Assembly (NCBI GenBank): GCA_963791045.1
Contig: CAWBQK010000013.1
Coordinates: 1 to 64,000, forward strand
Length of the DNA stretch: 64,000 nt
Source: Candidatus Latescibacterota bacterium
GTDB taxonomy: Bacteria; Krumholzibacteriota; Krumholzibacteriia; WVZY01
Direction: 5' to 3'
The notes below the pieces were generated by a model. The model saw nothing but the letters and a program-made list of their open reading frames with translations. It did no database searches and was not told the DNA's origin. Position numbers and translations under genes: made by a program. Below, piece by piece: positions 49,442-59,330 of this stretch (position 1 is the stretch's first letter; each line of letters begins with the position of its first letter).

Positions 49442-51241
49442 CTATTTTCTGAGAACGAGGAAGGTCATATCGTCGAGCTGGGGCATGTCCTTGACATGGT
49501 CCTTGAGCTCGCGGCGAAGACCGGAGCAGATCCGGCTGGGGGCGGATTCCCGGTGGGTTTTGAGATATTTGAGAAGCCGTTCCATCTCATAGGGTTCCTC
49601 GGCGCTGTTCGCCGCGTCGACAACACCGTCGGTGTAGCAGAACAGGAGCGAATCGTCGAGCGTGATCTTGCCCTGTTCAAAATCGAACGATTCGAAAACA
49701 CCAAGCACGGGCCCGCCGGTTTCGAGAAGTTCGTGACTCCCGTCTTTCTTCATCAAGATCGCAGGATTGTGCCCCGCGTTGCAGTAGGTCACTTCGCCGG
49801 TTTCGTGGTTGAGAACACCAAAGAACGCGGTAACGAAATCGTTGGGGCGGACCGTTTCGAGAAGTATTTCATTCGCACGCTGGGCGATATCCCTCGCCCG
49901 TGTGAAGTACGGCGCCGCCGTGTGCAGGATGGTCCGGAAGCTCGACATGATTATCGACGCGGGCACACCCTTGCCCGCCACATCAGCGATGGCGAAGGCG
50001 GCGTAGGGCTCTTTCAACGGGAAGAAATCAAAATAGTCACCGCTGAGCTCGAGCGAGGGATAGTTGCGGCCCGTTAGCGTATACGGCCCGACCTTGTGGG
50101 ATTGTTTTGGGGTAAAAAACTGCTGAACGGTCCTAGCGAGCCGGAGTTCGCGTTCGATCTCCCGTTTGACTTGCTGTTCCTCGTAGAGACGGGCGCGCTC
50201 GATAGACACGGACGCCTGCGCGGCGAACATCTCGAGGAGCTTGAGGTCGGCTTCGCGATAAATACGTTTCGCATTGCTCTCTATATTGAAGAGGCCGATC
50301 ACCTTGCCGCCGCTGAGCATCGGCGCCACCATCTCTGACTCCGTCTCCTTACGGGCGTTCACATATCTTTTGTCTTTTGAGCAGTCGGGGACGATGATCC
50401 CTTTCTTGTTCCGGGCCGCCCAGCCAACCACACCCTCGTCGAGCTTGAGCAGAATACGTTCTTCTTTTCCGGGATCGTACCCGTAGTGGATTTCACTCAC
50501 CAGGAGTTGGCTCTTGCGGTCGAGGACAAAAATGGCGGCGGCTTCGTGGCAGATGAGTTTCTTGAGGCTCGCGAGAATCTGTTCGAGCACGTCGTCGAGG
50601 ACCAGCGACTTTCCCATCGACACGCTGATATTGTAGAGCAGCTCGACTTCGAGCTGTTTTTTCTCGGCCTCGCGGAAGAGGCGCGCGTTCTCGATCGCTG
50701 TGGCAATATTATTTCCAAGTGCGAGGAAAACTTCGAGATCGTCTTTTGTGAAAGGTTTCTTGCCCTTGCGGTTGACCGCTTCCAGGACGCCGATAAAACG
50801 GTTTCCACGTTTGAGCGGGATGCTCATTATCGAACGCGTCCTGAGCCCGAACCTCTTCTCCAGTTCGGGCAAAAATCGTTTGTCCTTACTAATATCGTTC
50901 GCGACGACGGGCTTCTTAAACTTGGCGACCCACCCAACGACACCCACCCCCAACGGTATCTTGACCCCGCGGATTTCGCGCCCGTGCTTGCCCCGCGAGA
51001 GTTCGAACACCATGTGGGTCTTGTCCCAATCATACCGGAGGATCGACACCGTCTCGACATTGAGGGCGTCTTTTACGACCTTCATGATCAACTGGAGGAG
51101 ACGTGTGAAATCAAGTGTCGAGTTGAGCAGACGTGACGACTCGGTCAAGAGTTCGAGCTGCTTGACACGACTTGCCAGCTTCTCTTCCGCCGCCCTTGAT
51201 GATTTCGTAAGCGATGCTCTTTTGGACATGCCTGTTTCCAA
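49442..51241 (-). CDS. GAF-GAF-SpoIIE (RsbU-like PP2C) phosphatase
   Basis: Two GAF domains (GVVGWVA...AIENARL); SGDYFD; IADVAGKG; NAGH; YTDG; DDMT. Confidence 0.93.
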   Translation of the reverse strand: METGMSKRASLTKSSRAAEEKLASRVKQLELLTESSRLLNSTLDFTRLLQLIMKVVKDALNVETVSILRYDWDKTHMVFELSRGKHGREIRGVKIPLGVGVVGWVAKFKKPVVANDISKDKRFLPELEKRFGLRTRSIMSIPLKRGNRFIGVLEAVNRKGKKPFTKDDLEVFLALGNNIATAIENARLFREAEKKQLEVELLYNISVSMGKSLVLDDVLEQILASLKKLICHEAAAIFVLDRKSQLLVSEIHYGYDPGKEERILLKLDEGVVGWAARNKKGIIVPDCSKDKRYVNARKETESEMVAPMLSGGKVIGLFNIESNAKRIYREADLKLLEMFAAQASVSIERARLYEEQQVKREIERELRLARTVQQFFTPKQSHKVGPYTLTGRNYPSLELSGDYFDFFPLKEPYAAFAIADVAGKGVPASIIMSSFRTILHTAAPYFTRARDIAQRANEILLETVRPNDFVTAFFGVLNHETGEVTYCNAGHNPAILMKKDGSHELLETGGPVLGVFESFDFEQGKITLDDSLLFCYTDGVVDAANSAEEPYEMERLLKYLKTHRESAPSRICSGLRRELKDHVKDMPQLDDMTFLVLRK

Positions 51242-51323
51242 CTACCGGTTGGTGGATGTGCCGATGCCGGCTCGAGCCTGGGTGTAATTGTTTTTTTGTG
51301 CCCGCGCGTGCCGGTTGTTTTTG

Positions 51324-51551
51324 CTAGACCGCTTCGACTCCCGTGACTTCCGGGATTCTATCCTTGAGAAAGCGCTCGATTCCCTGGTGAAGCGTTATCG
51401 CCGCGCTCGGGCAGCCGTGACACGCGCCCTTCAATCTGAGCTGAACAACTCCGTCGATGAAATCAACCATTTCGACGTCGCCGCCGTCCGCCTGGAGAGA
51501 CGGCCGGATCATGTTGATGGCCTCTTCAATTTTCTTGCGAATCTCGTCCAC
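51324..51551 (-). CDS. NifU C-terminal (Nfu) Fe-S carrier
   Basis: IRPSLQADGGDVE...GACHGCPSA. Confidence 0.93.
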   Translation of the reverse strand: MDEIRKKIEEAINMIRPSLQADGGDVEMVDFIDGVVQLRLKGACHGCPSAAITLHQGIERFLKDRIPEVTGVEAV

Positions 51552-51591
51552 GTCTTACCTCCACTTTTGTTACCAACATCCAAAGGTGTTT

Positions 51592-52686
51592 CTAAATACT
51601 TTCCACAGGATACCGTGTCATGATCTTGTCCGCCACATCCAAAAATGCTTTTGAAATCGGCGAGTCACCGTCCGACTTGACTATCGGCACCCCTCTATCG
51701 CCGTCCGCCCGCACCTTCGGGTCCAGAGGGATCTTGCCGAGCAGCGGCGTCGACGTTTTTGCGGCGATGGCCTCACCGCCGTCTTTGTCGAAAATATCTG
51801 TCTTCTCGCCGCAGTGCGGACAGACGAACGTGCTCATATTCTCGACGATTCCGATGACGGGCGCCTTGACCTCTTTAAACATTCTCAAACCCTTTTCCGC
51901 GTCAACGAGCGCGATCTGTGACGGCGTGGTCACGATGATCGCTCCGGTGAGCGGCACCGTCTGCACGAGGGTAAGCTGCGCGTCACCCGTGCCCGGCGGG
52001 AGATCGATCATCAAATAATCGAGCTCTCCCCACTCGACTTCCTCAAGAAATTTCTTCACGACGCCCATCACGATCGGGCCGCGCCAGATGACCGGCGTGT
52101 TTGGATCGGTCAGGAACCCCAGCGACATCAACCTGAGACCATCCTGTTCGACGGGGGCGATTTCCTTTGTCGTCCCCGCGGTCGGCCGATCGGTGACGCC
52201 GAGAAGAATGTGCAGGCTCGGGCCGTAAATGTCGGCGTCGAGAAGGCCAACCTTCGCGCCGCGCTGCTGGAGCGCGAGGGCAAGATTAACGCATACCGTC
52301 GACTTGCCGACGCCGCCTTTGCCACTCGCGACGGCGATGATATTCTTCACACCCGGAATCGGGGCCTGGCCGTCAAATGGATTTCCCGACGGCGGCGGGG
52401 TTTGTGCGTGCTGGTGTGTCTGACCCTCGGCGCCGTCGACAACCTGCGGGCCTTGCATGACAATCTGAACGTCGAGCACACCCTTCGTCTTGGCGAGAAC
52501 GTCGAAGCATTCATCCTCGATCCTGAGCTTCTCGTCCTTATCCCGGGTGGCGAGGAAAATGGTCACTTTTACCCGGCCGTTATCGATTTCAACATCTTGA
52601 ATTCTATTGTTCGTAACGAGGTCGCCGTCACCCTCGACGTCCTTAATCCCACGAAGCGCTTCGATAATTGTTTCTCTCTCCAGCAT
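51592..52686 (-). CDS. mrp: Mrp/ApbC (NBP35 family) Fe-S cluster carrier ATPase
   Basis: SGKGGVGKST; DADIYGPS; WRGP; DLPPGTGD; ENMS...CPHC. Confidence 0.95.
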   Translation of the reverse strand: MLERETIIEALRGIKDVEGDGDLVTNNRIQDVEIDNGRVKVTIFLATRDKDEKLRIEDECFDVLAKTKGVLDVQIVMQGPQVVDGAEGQTHQHAQTPPPSGNPFDGQAPIPGVKNIIAVASGKGGVGKSTVCVNLALALQQRGAKVGLLDADIYGPSLHILLGVTDRPTAGTTKEIAPVEQDGLRLMSLGFLTDPNTPVIWRGPIVMGVVKKFLEEVEWGELDYLMIDLPPGTGDAQLTLVQTVPLTGAIIVTTPSQIALVDAEKGLRMFKEVKAPVIGIVENMSTFVCPHCGEKTDIFDKDGGEAIAAKTSTPLLGKIPLDPKVRADGDRGVPIVKSDGDSPISKAFLDVADKIMTRYPVESI

Positions 52687-53101
52687 GCTTCTTCTTCCTC
52701 CCTTAATTCGATCGATCGGCCCGGAAGGGTCGATTGGTGGTTGTCTTGTTCGAGTGATTTGGCACCGGGTCACGCGCGGGGAGGGCCCGGATCTTGCATT
52801 CTTGAAAACCTGCGGCAAGTAAATCACTTATGGCGTGACGCCATAATATAAACCAAAGCAGCAAAGTTCGCAATCTGATTGAGGCGGTCCGAATTTCCCG
52901 CCCCGGGTGTCGTTTCGCGGGCGTGAACGCCGGGCCCGAACCTCAAGGTATTTCAAGTTCTTACGAGTTTTTCTCGTTCTCGCGGACCCCATCGGCACGC
53001 GGGATTTGGCGCCGGTGGTGTGGCTCCGAGAAATGTGCCGGAGATCGTCCTGCGGCGGCCCGGTTTTTCGATGCGTTTATCGCCAATCCAGGAGTCGAAT
53101 C

Positions 53102-53836
53102 ATGAACAGTTTTCAGCCGCTCCTGTGCCTCGTATCCGTGGCGTTGATGGCCGTTTTTTTGCCGATATGTCCCGCTCTCGCCCAGCCGGATCTCGCCGTC
53201 TGGGCGGATGACATCACTATCGTCAAAAGCTCGACCTACAATCTGACGTACGTCACGGTGACCGTTCACAATGACGGCAGTTCCCAGTCCGATGCTTCCG
53301 CGCTGCGGATCGGCGTGTCGGAGGTTGGAATGGGGCAGGTAGAGGATTTTGAAATTCCCTCAATTCCGGCGGGCCATTCGGAAACGAGGATGGCGACCTT
53401 TGCGGGAATCGCGTGGACACACTCATGGGGGAATGCCGACCTCAACGAAGTTGTGTCGGAAACCGACGAGTCGAACAACTGTTCCAACCAGAGCGACAAC
53501 TGGATCGCGTTGGGCCCGGGGATGAACCACGACCAGTTTATCGGTGTGGTCAATCCGGGACTCCAGTCCGAAACCGTTTCATTGGACGTTGTCGTTCCGG
53601 AAGGATGGGTCATAACCGTCAATCCGCCGTCGATGATCCTGGCGCCCGGCGAGTACCGCGGTGTTGTCGTTCATTTCGAAGCGCCGGATGATTTCAAGAG
53701 CTACTCTTGTGTCGAGGTGGAATGTTCGTTCCTGGATGGGACTCCCGGTCTTCTCACGTGGGAGTTTCATATCGAATCCACGGTGCCCGTAAAAATCACC
53801 ACGTGGGGCATGATGAAATCAATGTTCAGTCGCTGA
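53102..53836 (+). CDS. Secreted CARDB/Ig-like protein with C-terminal TTWGMMK tail
   Basis: GGAG RBS; signal peptide; PDLAV...VTVHNDG...VSETDESNN; ends STVPVKITTWGMMKSMFSR. Confidence 0.8.
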   Translation: MNSFQPLLCLVSVALMAVFLPICPALAQPDLAVWADDITIVKSSTYNLTYVTVTVHNDGSSQSDASALRIGVSEVGMGQVEDFEIPSIPAGHSETRMATFAGIAWTHSWGNADLNEVVSETDESNNCSNQSDNWIALGPGMNHDQFIGVVNPGLQSETVSLDVVVPEGWVITVNPPSMILAPGEYRGVVVHFEAPDDFKSYSCVEVECSFLDGTPGLLTWEFHIESTVPVKITTWGMMKSMFSR

Positions 53837-53940
53837 GCCGCTGAGTCGAGCTCGTGTCATTCGTTCAGCGCCGGCGCCGTTCGGACCTTTTGTCGCTTGC
53901 AATTCAACGGCGTCTTGCAACGGCAACCGTCAACGACGCC

Positions 53941-54462
53941 CTACAGCGATGCGGCCCGTATAAGTTCGGTGATTCTCGAGAGATGGTGATCGTCATGCTC
54001 AGCGGCGAAAAACGCGAGGTCAATGACCCGCATCGTGGCATCCAGCCGCGGATGATGCGCCGGTCTCACCACCATCGCCTCGTCATAGCTCTCCAAACGC
54101 TGGACGAAATCCCCGCGTTCCGTGCGAAACGCCGCGAGTATATCCTCTATTGATTTTGAATTGTGCTCCGCCGCTTTGCTACGTGCATTGCTCATGTCGG
54201 CCGGGGTCAACTCGTCCAAACCTTTTTCGAAATCATCCAGTCTGTTCCGCCACAGCTCTTCCACGTCGGCGAGATGACCGGCGTTTTCCTGTATCGACCA
54301 GCCGTCGTGCAGTCTCCGCGTCAACACCTCGGGGCCAACGTACTTTATGCGGTCTTCCAGCCTTGCGGGTGTTCCGCGCAGCCGCTCCACAATATTTGGA
54401 AACATCCATACCGGTAGATCGAAGACGAAACGCCTTTTGATCCACGCTTCTCTCTTTACCAT
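53941..54462 (-). CDS. DinB/YfiT-like family protein
   Basis: WSIQENAGHL...HPRL...AEHDDHH. Confidence 0.88.
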   Translation of the reverse strand: MVKREAWIKRRFVFDLPVWMFPNIVERLRGTPARLEDRIKYVGPEVLTRRLHDGWSIQENAGHLADVEELWRNRLDDFEKGLDELTPADMSNARSKAAEHNSKSIEDILAAFRTERGDFVQRLESYDEAMVVRPAHHPRLDATMRVIDLAFFAAEHDDHHLSRITELIRAASL

Positions 54463-54725
54463 CGGACACCTCTCTTTTTTGTCGGGCGTGGCAACGAGTA
54501 AGCATACATGAAATACACGCGCTCGACAACCGATTGTGCGCGGCTGCCTGGGTGGATTCGTTGTCGTATGCGCGATGTGGCGAGGTGTTTCTTTTTGTTC
54601 GGCGGTATTGTTCGTCATAGCGCGATGTCACACCGCTGCTTACGATCACACATGCGTTATGTTTTTTCGTTGTGCGCGACATGTCCGTATTCGTGTCACC
54701 CAGAAAGCGTGAGCGTCATGACAGC

Positions 54726-54944
54726 CATCGAAACTTTTTTGTTTTTGTTTTAATTTTTTCTTGACGGCTTTTTGAACGCATCTTTTTGCGGGCTGCAATC
54801 GTGTCGTGTTTTTGTGTTGCGCGCCTGTCTATGCGTGATGTCGGCGTCTTGATTTTATCGAGACGTTTTTGTTTTGTCGGGTCGTGTTATGCGTTGTCGC
54901 GCGTCGTGCGAACGCCAAAAACCCTCGTGTTATAATACTAGTGT
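54726..54944 (+). promoter_or_regulatory. Conserved non-coding leader of HNH gene copy 2
   Basis: Blocks TTTTTT[CA]TTGACGG[CG]TTTTTGA, GACGTTTTTG and CCAAAAACCC..TGTTATAATAC.AGTGT are collinear with 5787-6020. Confidence 0.65.
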
Positions 54945-54959
54945 AACCATGGGAGGTTG

Positions 54960-56301
54960 ATGATGATCGCACGTGAACAACTTCGTCTCAAGAAGCTCTC
55001 CGACAAGACACTCCTCCAGTCGCTCGACTCCCTCGTCGGAAAAGAAAAGAACTCGACCCTCGCCGTTCTTCTTCATCTGATCGAACTCGATCGCCGGCGA
55101 ACGTATCTCAATCTTGGATTCCGTTCGCTCTTCGAGTACTGCACCCAGCATCTCAAGTACTCTTCCTCCTCAGCGGGGCGCCGTATCCATACGGCACGGT
55201 GCGTCGCTCGTTTTCCCGAGATCTACGAACTTCTCGTCAAAGGATCGGTAAACCTGAGCACCGTCTCGCAGGTCTCGGCGATTCTGAACGAGAGAAACAA
55301 GGATGAACTTCTCAAGGGGATCCAGGGCAAGTCGCAGCGTCAGGTCGAGCGTTTAATTTCGGTATTTCAGCCACCGTCGGCGTATCGCGATACGGTGAAG
55401 CCTGTTCGAGTGGCCGTCGCGGCGAAACCACTGGAGGCCTCGGCGACTCACAGAACCACGGCAGAGCCTGGATTGGCCATCGACCCGGCCGGGGCCCAAA
55501 ACTGGACATCTTTGTCCAATTCCTCCCGCAGCGGGAGTAAACCGATTAATGGGTATATGGCGCAATCATCTGCAGGGGAACAAGATAAGACCCAGAATGA
55601 CAATGGGACAGGGGATTCTGGGGCGAAAAGCTGTTACGAACAGAAGCTTCTGATCCGGTTTTTGGCGAGTTGTGGCTTCAAGAAGAAGTACGACGAGGCC
55701 TGCTCATTCCTGTCAAACCGTTTGCCCAATCAAACCTTTGAGACGGTCTTCGAGGCCGTACTTAGATGAGTTCATCGATCGTCACAGCCCGGAGGCGCGC
55801 CACAAACGACGGGAGAAACGCCGGACCAAGAAGCTCGAAAAACCAAAAGAGATTCGATGCGCCGGAACCGGGGCCAACGGAAAGATCGGCGAAGGCAAAC
55901 GCCGAACCGAGAAGCAGAAGCCCACGGGAAAAGGAGGGGCTGTCGGGAACGAACGACGAACTGAGAAGCGGCAGCCCGCTATTGCTCGTATGGGCGCCGA
56001 AAACAAACGCGCGCGACACATCCCTGCGGCCGTACGAGACAACGTGTTCAAACGCGACGGTGGGAAGTGCACGTTCATCGGCAAAGATAACAAACGCTGC
56101 AACTCAACTTGGGGGCTCGAGATCGACCACGTCAAGCCGTTCGCAAAGGGCGGCGGAAATACCAAAGACAACCTGAGGCTTCTGTGCGGGAGACACAACC
56201 GGCTGGCCGCGGAGAAGGTTTACGGCAAAGAATTCATGGAAGGCCACTATGTCGAGACACGGAGGTTGAATATTGTTGAGGGAGACGTGTACTCTAGCTA
56301 A
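54960..56301 (+). CDS. HNH endonuclease with DUF222-like N-terminus (frameshift near 55765)
   Basis: LSDKTLL...HLIELDRRRTYL..GFRSLFEYC...AGRRI; RHIPAAVRDNVFKRDGGKC...EIDHVKPFAKGG...NLRLLCGRHN. Confidence 0.87.
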
Positions 56302-56385
56302 AGCGCGCGGAGCGGCCGACGGCGAGTCCCGGAACGGCGGCGACCAAGTAGTCTAACGCGAACAACAACAAGGAGTTATAAAACA

Positions 56386-56595
56386 ATGCATGGCCTGCAG
56401 TACAGATGTGTGAAGTGCAAGAACGACAAGTGCGACGTCGGCGAGTTCAGGGCGACGGGCGGATTTCTCACAAAGATTTTCGATATCCAGTCCAAGAGAT
56501 TCTCGACGGTAACCTGCACGCGCTGTAAGTACACGGAAATCTTCAAGACCGACAGCAGCATGCTCGGTAACGTTTTTGATTTCTTCACGGATTAA
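56386..56595 (+). CDS. Zinc-ribbon protein (DUF2082-like)
   Basis: CVKC...KIFDIQ...CTRCKYTEIF; AAGGAG RBS. Confidence 0.85.
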   Translation: MHGLQYRCVKCKNDKCDVGEFRATGGFLTKIFDIQSKRFSTVTCTRCKYTEIFKTDSSMLGNVFDFFTD

Positions 56596-57198
56596 TCAGG
56601 GTCGTTCGAGATACTTCCCTGACTCAATGTAAGGTTTGAGTTGTTCGACGAGGAAATGGGTCCAGACCTTGTCGACGGTTTCGGGCCATCCCTCTTTGAC
56701 ATTCCCCGATGCATCCACGGTAAGTTTGACGACGCATGCGGCGGCTCCGCCCGCGGTTTCCGGCGACACGGGCAACGACACCTGCTGTTCGATGGTGAAC
56801 CCTGAGGGCGTGGACTGGACGACCTTCGCCTCGGCATGGCCAACGCCCACCGCGGAGAGCCCGCCAAACCCGATCAACCCGAAGACAACCACCGGGAACA
56901 CCCGTCGCGTCCATCCGAAGAGAAACCGAATCATTGCTTTCTCCTTCTTCCAGAAGAAGCCAAACTGCCCGAGGAGCGTCCCATAAGACAGCAGGCAAAT
57001 CTGATAGAGGGGAAATATGATAGCCAGGTAGGTCACCCACCAGACCCACGTGGGGGCATCCGGCGGCAAAACGTAACCGAGCACCAGCTTTCTCAGCCGG
57101 ACAACGGTCATTCCCGCAAGCGAGAAAGCGGTCAAAATGGCGATAACGCCCCAGACTCCGACGCCCCAACGGGCCTTCATACGCGCGATAAATGCCAT
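56596..57198 (-). CDS. DUF6787-like membrane protein with an additional C-terminal segment
   Basis: RMKARWGV...FSLAG...FPLYQI.LL..G.L.GQF.FFW..EK. Confidence 0.65.
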   Translation of the reverse strand: MAFIARMKARWGVGVWGVIAILTAFSLAGMTVVRLRKLVLGYVLPPDAPTWVWWVTYLAIIFPLYQICLLSYGTLLGQFGFFWKKEKAMIRFLFGWTRRVFPVVVFGLIGFGGLSAVGVGHAEAKVVQSTPSGFTIEQQVSLPVSPETAGGAAACVVKLTVDASGNVKEGWPETVDKVWTHFLVEQLKPYIESGKYLERP

Positions 57199-57488
57199 AG
57201 TTGTGTTTTCTTCCAGCGTGTGCAAAAATGTGCAAATCAGAATTGTGGCGAATGCGGCACGGCCACCATGCAGCGATCGCCGGTAATTGAGTGGTGAATG
57301 CTGGAAGTTAATAATCGACGGTGCGATAGTCAAATTATTGATGCCTGAATCGCACCGTGTTCGCGGAGTTTGCGGCGCCACGGGCGGCCCGGCATCAGAT
57401 TCGACGACGGGTCAACTAGAAGTCGAGCGACCGCCCCGGCCGCTCGAACAAGCCTTTTGGGGCCGGATTTCAACCCGGAATTATAACT

Positions 57489-58607
57489 ATGAATATTTTT
57501 GAAACGATATCTGGATTTCTGACCGGCAAGGAACTTCTTGGAATCACCCTCGGCAGTTACGGACTGGCATTCCTCGCGATCCTGCTGTCCGTGATTCTCC
57601 GGAGGGTGTTCAGTACGATCGTCGTTCGGATGATCCAGCGCTTCACGAAACGAACCGCGACCAAACTTGACGACATGATCGTGAATGCCATCGCACAACC
57701 GTTGGGTTTCGCGTTCGCAATTGCCGGGTTGTATGCGGCGGCAATAATTCTCCGTCTGCCGAACGAACCGGTGGACGTCAACAGGATCGCCTTTTCGATC
57801 CTCGGAATTCTGATTGTGATTGATCTCACATGGCTCTTTTTTCGCCTGGTCGACGCCATGGGCACATATTTCGCCGAAGCGGCCAAACGGACTGAGTCGA
57901 CGCTGGACGATCAGCTGATCCCGATCATCCGCAAATCGCTCAAGGTCTTCATCGGAGTCCTCGCGTTTGTCTTCGCCGTTCAAAACCTCGGCTACTCGGT
58001 GGCCAGCCTTCTCGCCGGCCTTGGAATTGGCGGGCTCGCGCTCGCGCTCGCCGCGAAAGACACGCTGTCGAACTTCTTCGGTTCGATCGTCATCCTTCTC
58101 GATCGTCCGTTCGCCGTCGGCGACTGGATCGAGACGGGCGGACAGGAAGGCGTCGTCGAAGAAATCGGTTTCCGTTCGACACGGATTCGCACGTTCGGCA
58201 AAACCGAGTTGTCGATACCGAATAACAACCTTGCGAACGCCGTAATCAACAACTGGTCGAGGATGCCCATCCGGCGCGTGAAGATGACTCTGGGAGTAAC
58301 ATACCAATCATCGGCCGATCAGATGGAAAACGCCGTCGAGGCGATCCGTAAGCTTCTGCGCGAACATCCGGATGTTTACCAGGATTTCTTCCTGGTGAAC
58401 TTCACCGAGTTTGGATCGAGCTCGTTGGATATTTTCGTCTACTATTTTACGACGACAACCGTGTGGGCGGAGTACCTGCGGATCCGGCAGGAAATCAACG
58501 TGGGCATGATGCGGTTGCTGGAAGGAATGGGTTTGGAGGTCGCTTTCCCGTCGCGGACTGTTTATCTCAAGAACGAACCTGAGTTTGAACCGCCAACCTC
58601 TCCCTAG
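57489..58607 (+). CDS. mscS: Small-conductance mechanosensitive channel
   Basis: LLAGLGIGGLALALAAKDTLSN; DRPFAVGDWI; IGFRSTRIR; AFPSRT. Confidence 0.95.
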   Translation: MNIFETISGFLTGKELLGITLGSYGLAFLAILLSVILRRVFSTIVVRMIQRFTKRTATKLDDMIVNAIAQPLGFAFAIAGLYAAAIILRLPNEPVDVNRIAFSILGILIVIDLTWLFFRLVDAMGTYFAEAAKRTESTLDDQLIPIIRKSLKVFIGVLAFVFAVQNLGYSVASLLAGLGIGGLALALAAKDTLSNFFGSIVILLDRPFAVGDWIETGGQEGVVEEIGFRSTRIRTFGKTELSIPNNNLANAVINNWSRMPIRRVKMTLGVTYQSSADQMENAVEAIRKLLREHPDVYQDFFLVNFTEFGSSSLDIFVYYFTTTTVWAEYLRIRQEINVGMMRLLEGMGLEVAFPSRTVYLKNEPEFEPPTSP

Positions 58608-58759
58608 AGCCGGCCACGCCGGCGGCGGAAGCGGCGGTGCGCACCACGCGCACGCCGCGCCCATCAAGACCTGCGCTCATGGAGCGCCCTCGTGGCACAC
58701 CACATACACCCCGTGCGGGGTCAAAACCAGCGCGACGCGGGGTCACGGCAAAAACAGCA

Positions 58760-59191
58760 TCAACCACCCCGAATATAGCTTTCGAGCTGATCGATGATGA
58801 ACTCTTGTTTGGAAACGATCGCTTTGATGCAGTCGCCGATCGAAACGATTCCAACAAGCCGCCCGTCATCAATGACGGGAAGGTGACGGATTCTCTTGTC
58901 GGTCATCAGCGCCATGCACTCATCCATCGTTCGATCCGGCGAGACGACACATACGTTGTCCGTCATAATGTCACGACAAGATGTGTCCTCGGCAGATCGG
59001 CCTTCAAGGGTGACCTTACGGGCGTAATCCCTTTCGGACATTATCCCGGACAGCTCTGTTCCCTCCTTGACCACGAGCGCACCGATTCCTTTTTCCGCCA
59101 TGATCTTGATCGCCTCAAAAACAGACGCACTGGGAGCGATTGTGACGACGACCCCGCCCTTGCTTTCAAGAAGTTCGCGGACTGTTATCAT
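58760..59191 (-). CDS. CBS-domain protein
   Basis: IGALVV...GIMSERDY...RIRHLPV...GIVSIGD. Confidence 0.93.
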   Translation of the reverse strand: MITVRELLESKGGVVVTIAPSASVFEAIKIMAEKGIGALVVKEGTELSGIMSERDYARKVTLEGRSAEDTSCRDIMTDNVCVVSPDRTMDECMALMTDKRIRHLPVIDDGRLVGIVSIGDCIKAIVSKQEFIIDQLESYIRGG

Positions 59192-59330
59192 ATGAATTCC
59201 CTTTCTGATTCAATCGAGAAAATATCAATCGGCATAGATCTCATACCAATTGTGTATAGCAATAATAAAGTATGTTTTGGTAACGAGTTCAAGCGGCAAG
59301 GAGACTTTTGGCGCGTTGCGGGTGAGTTCT

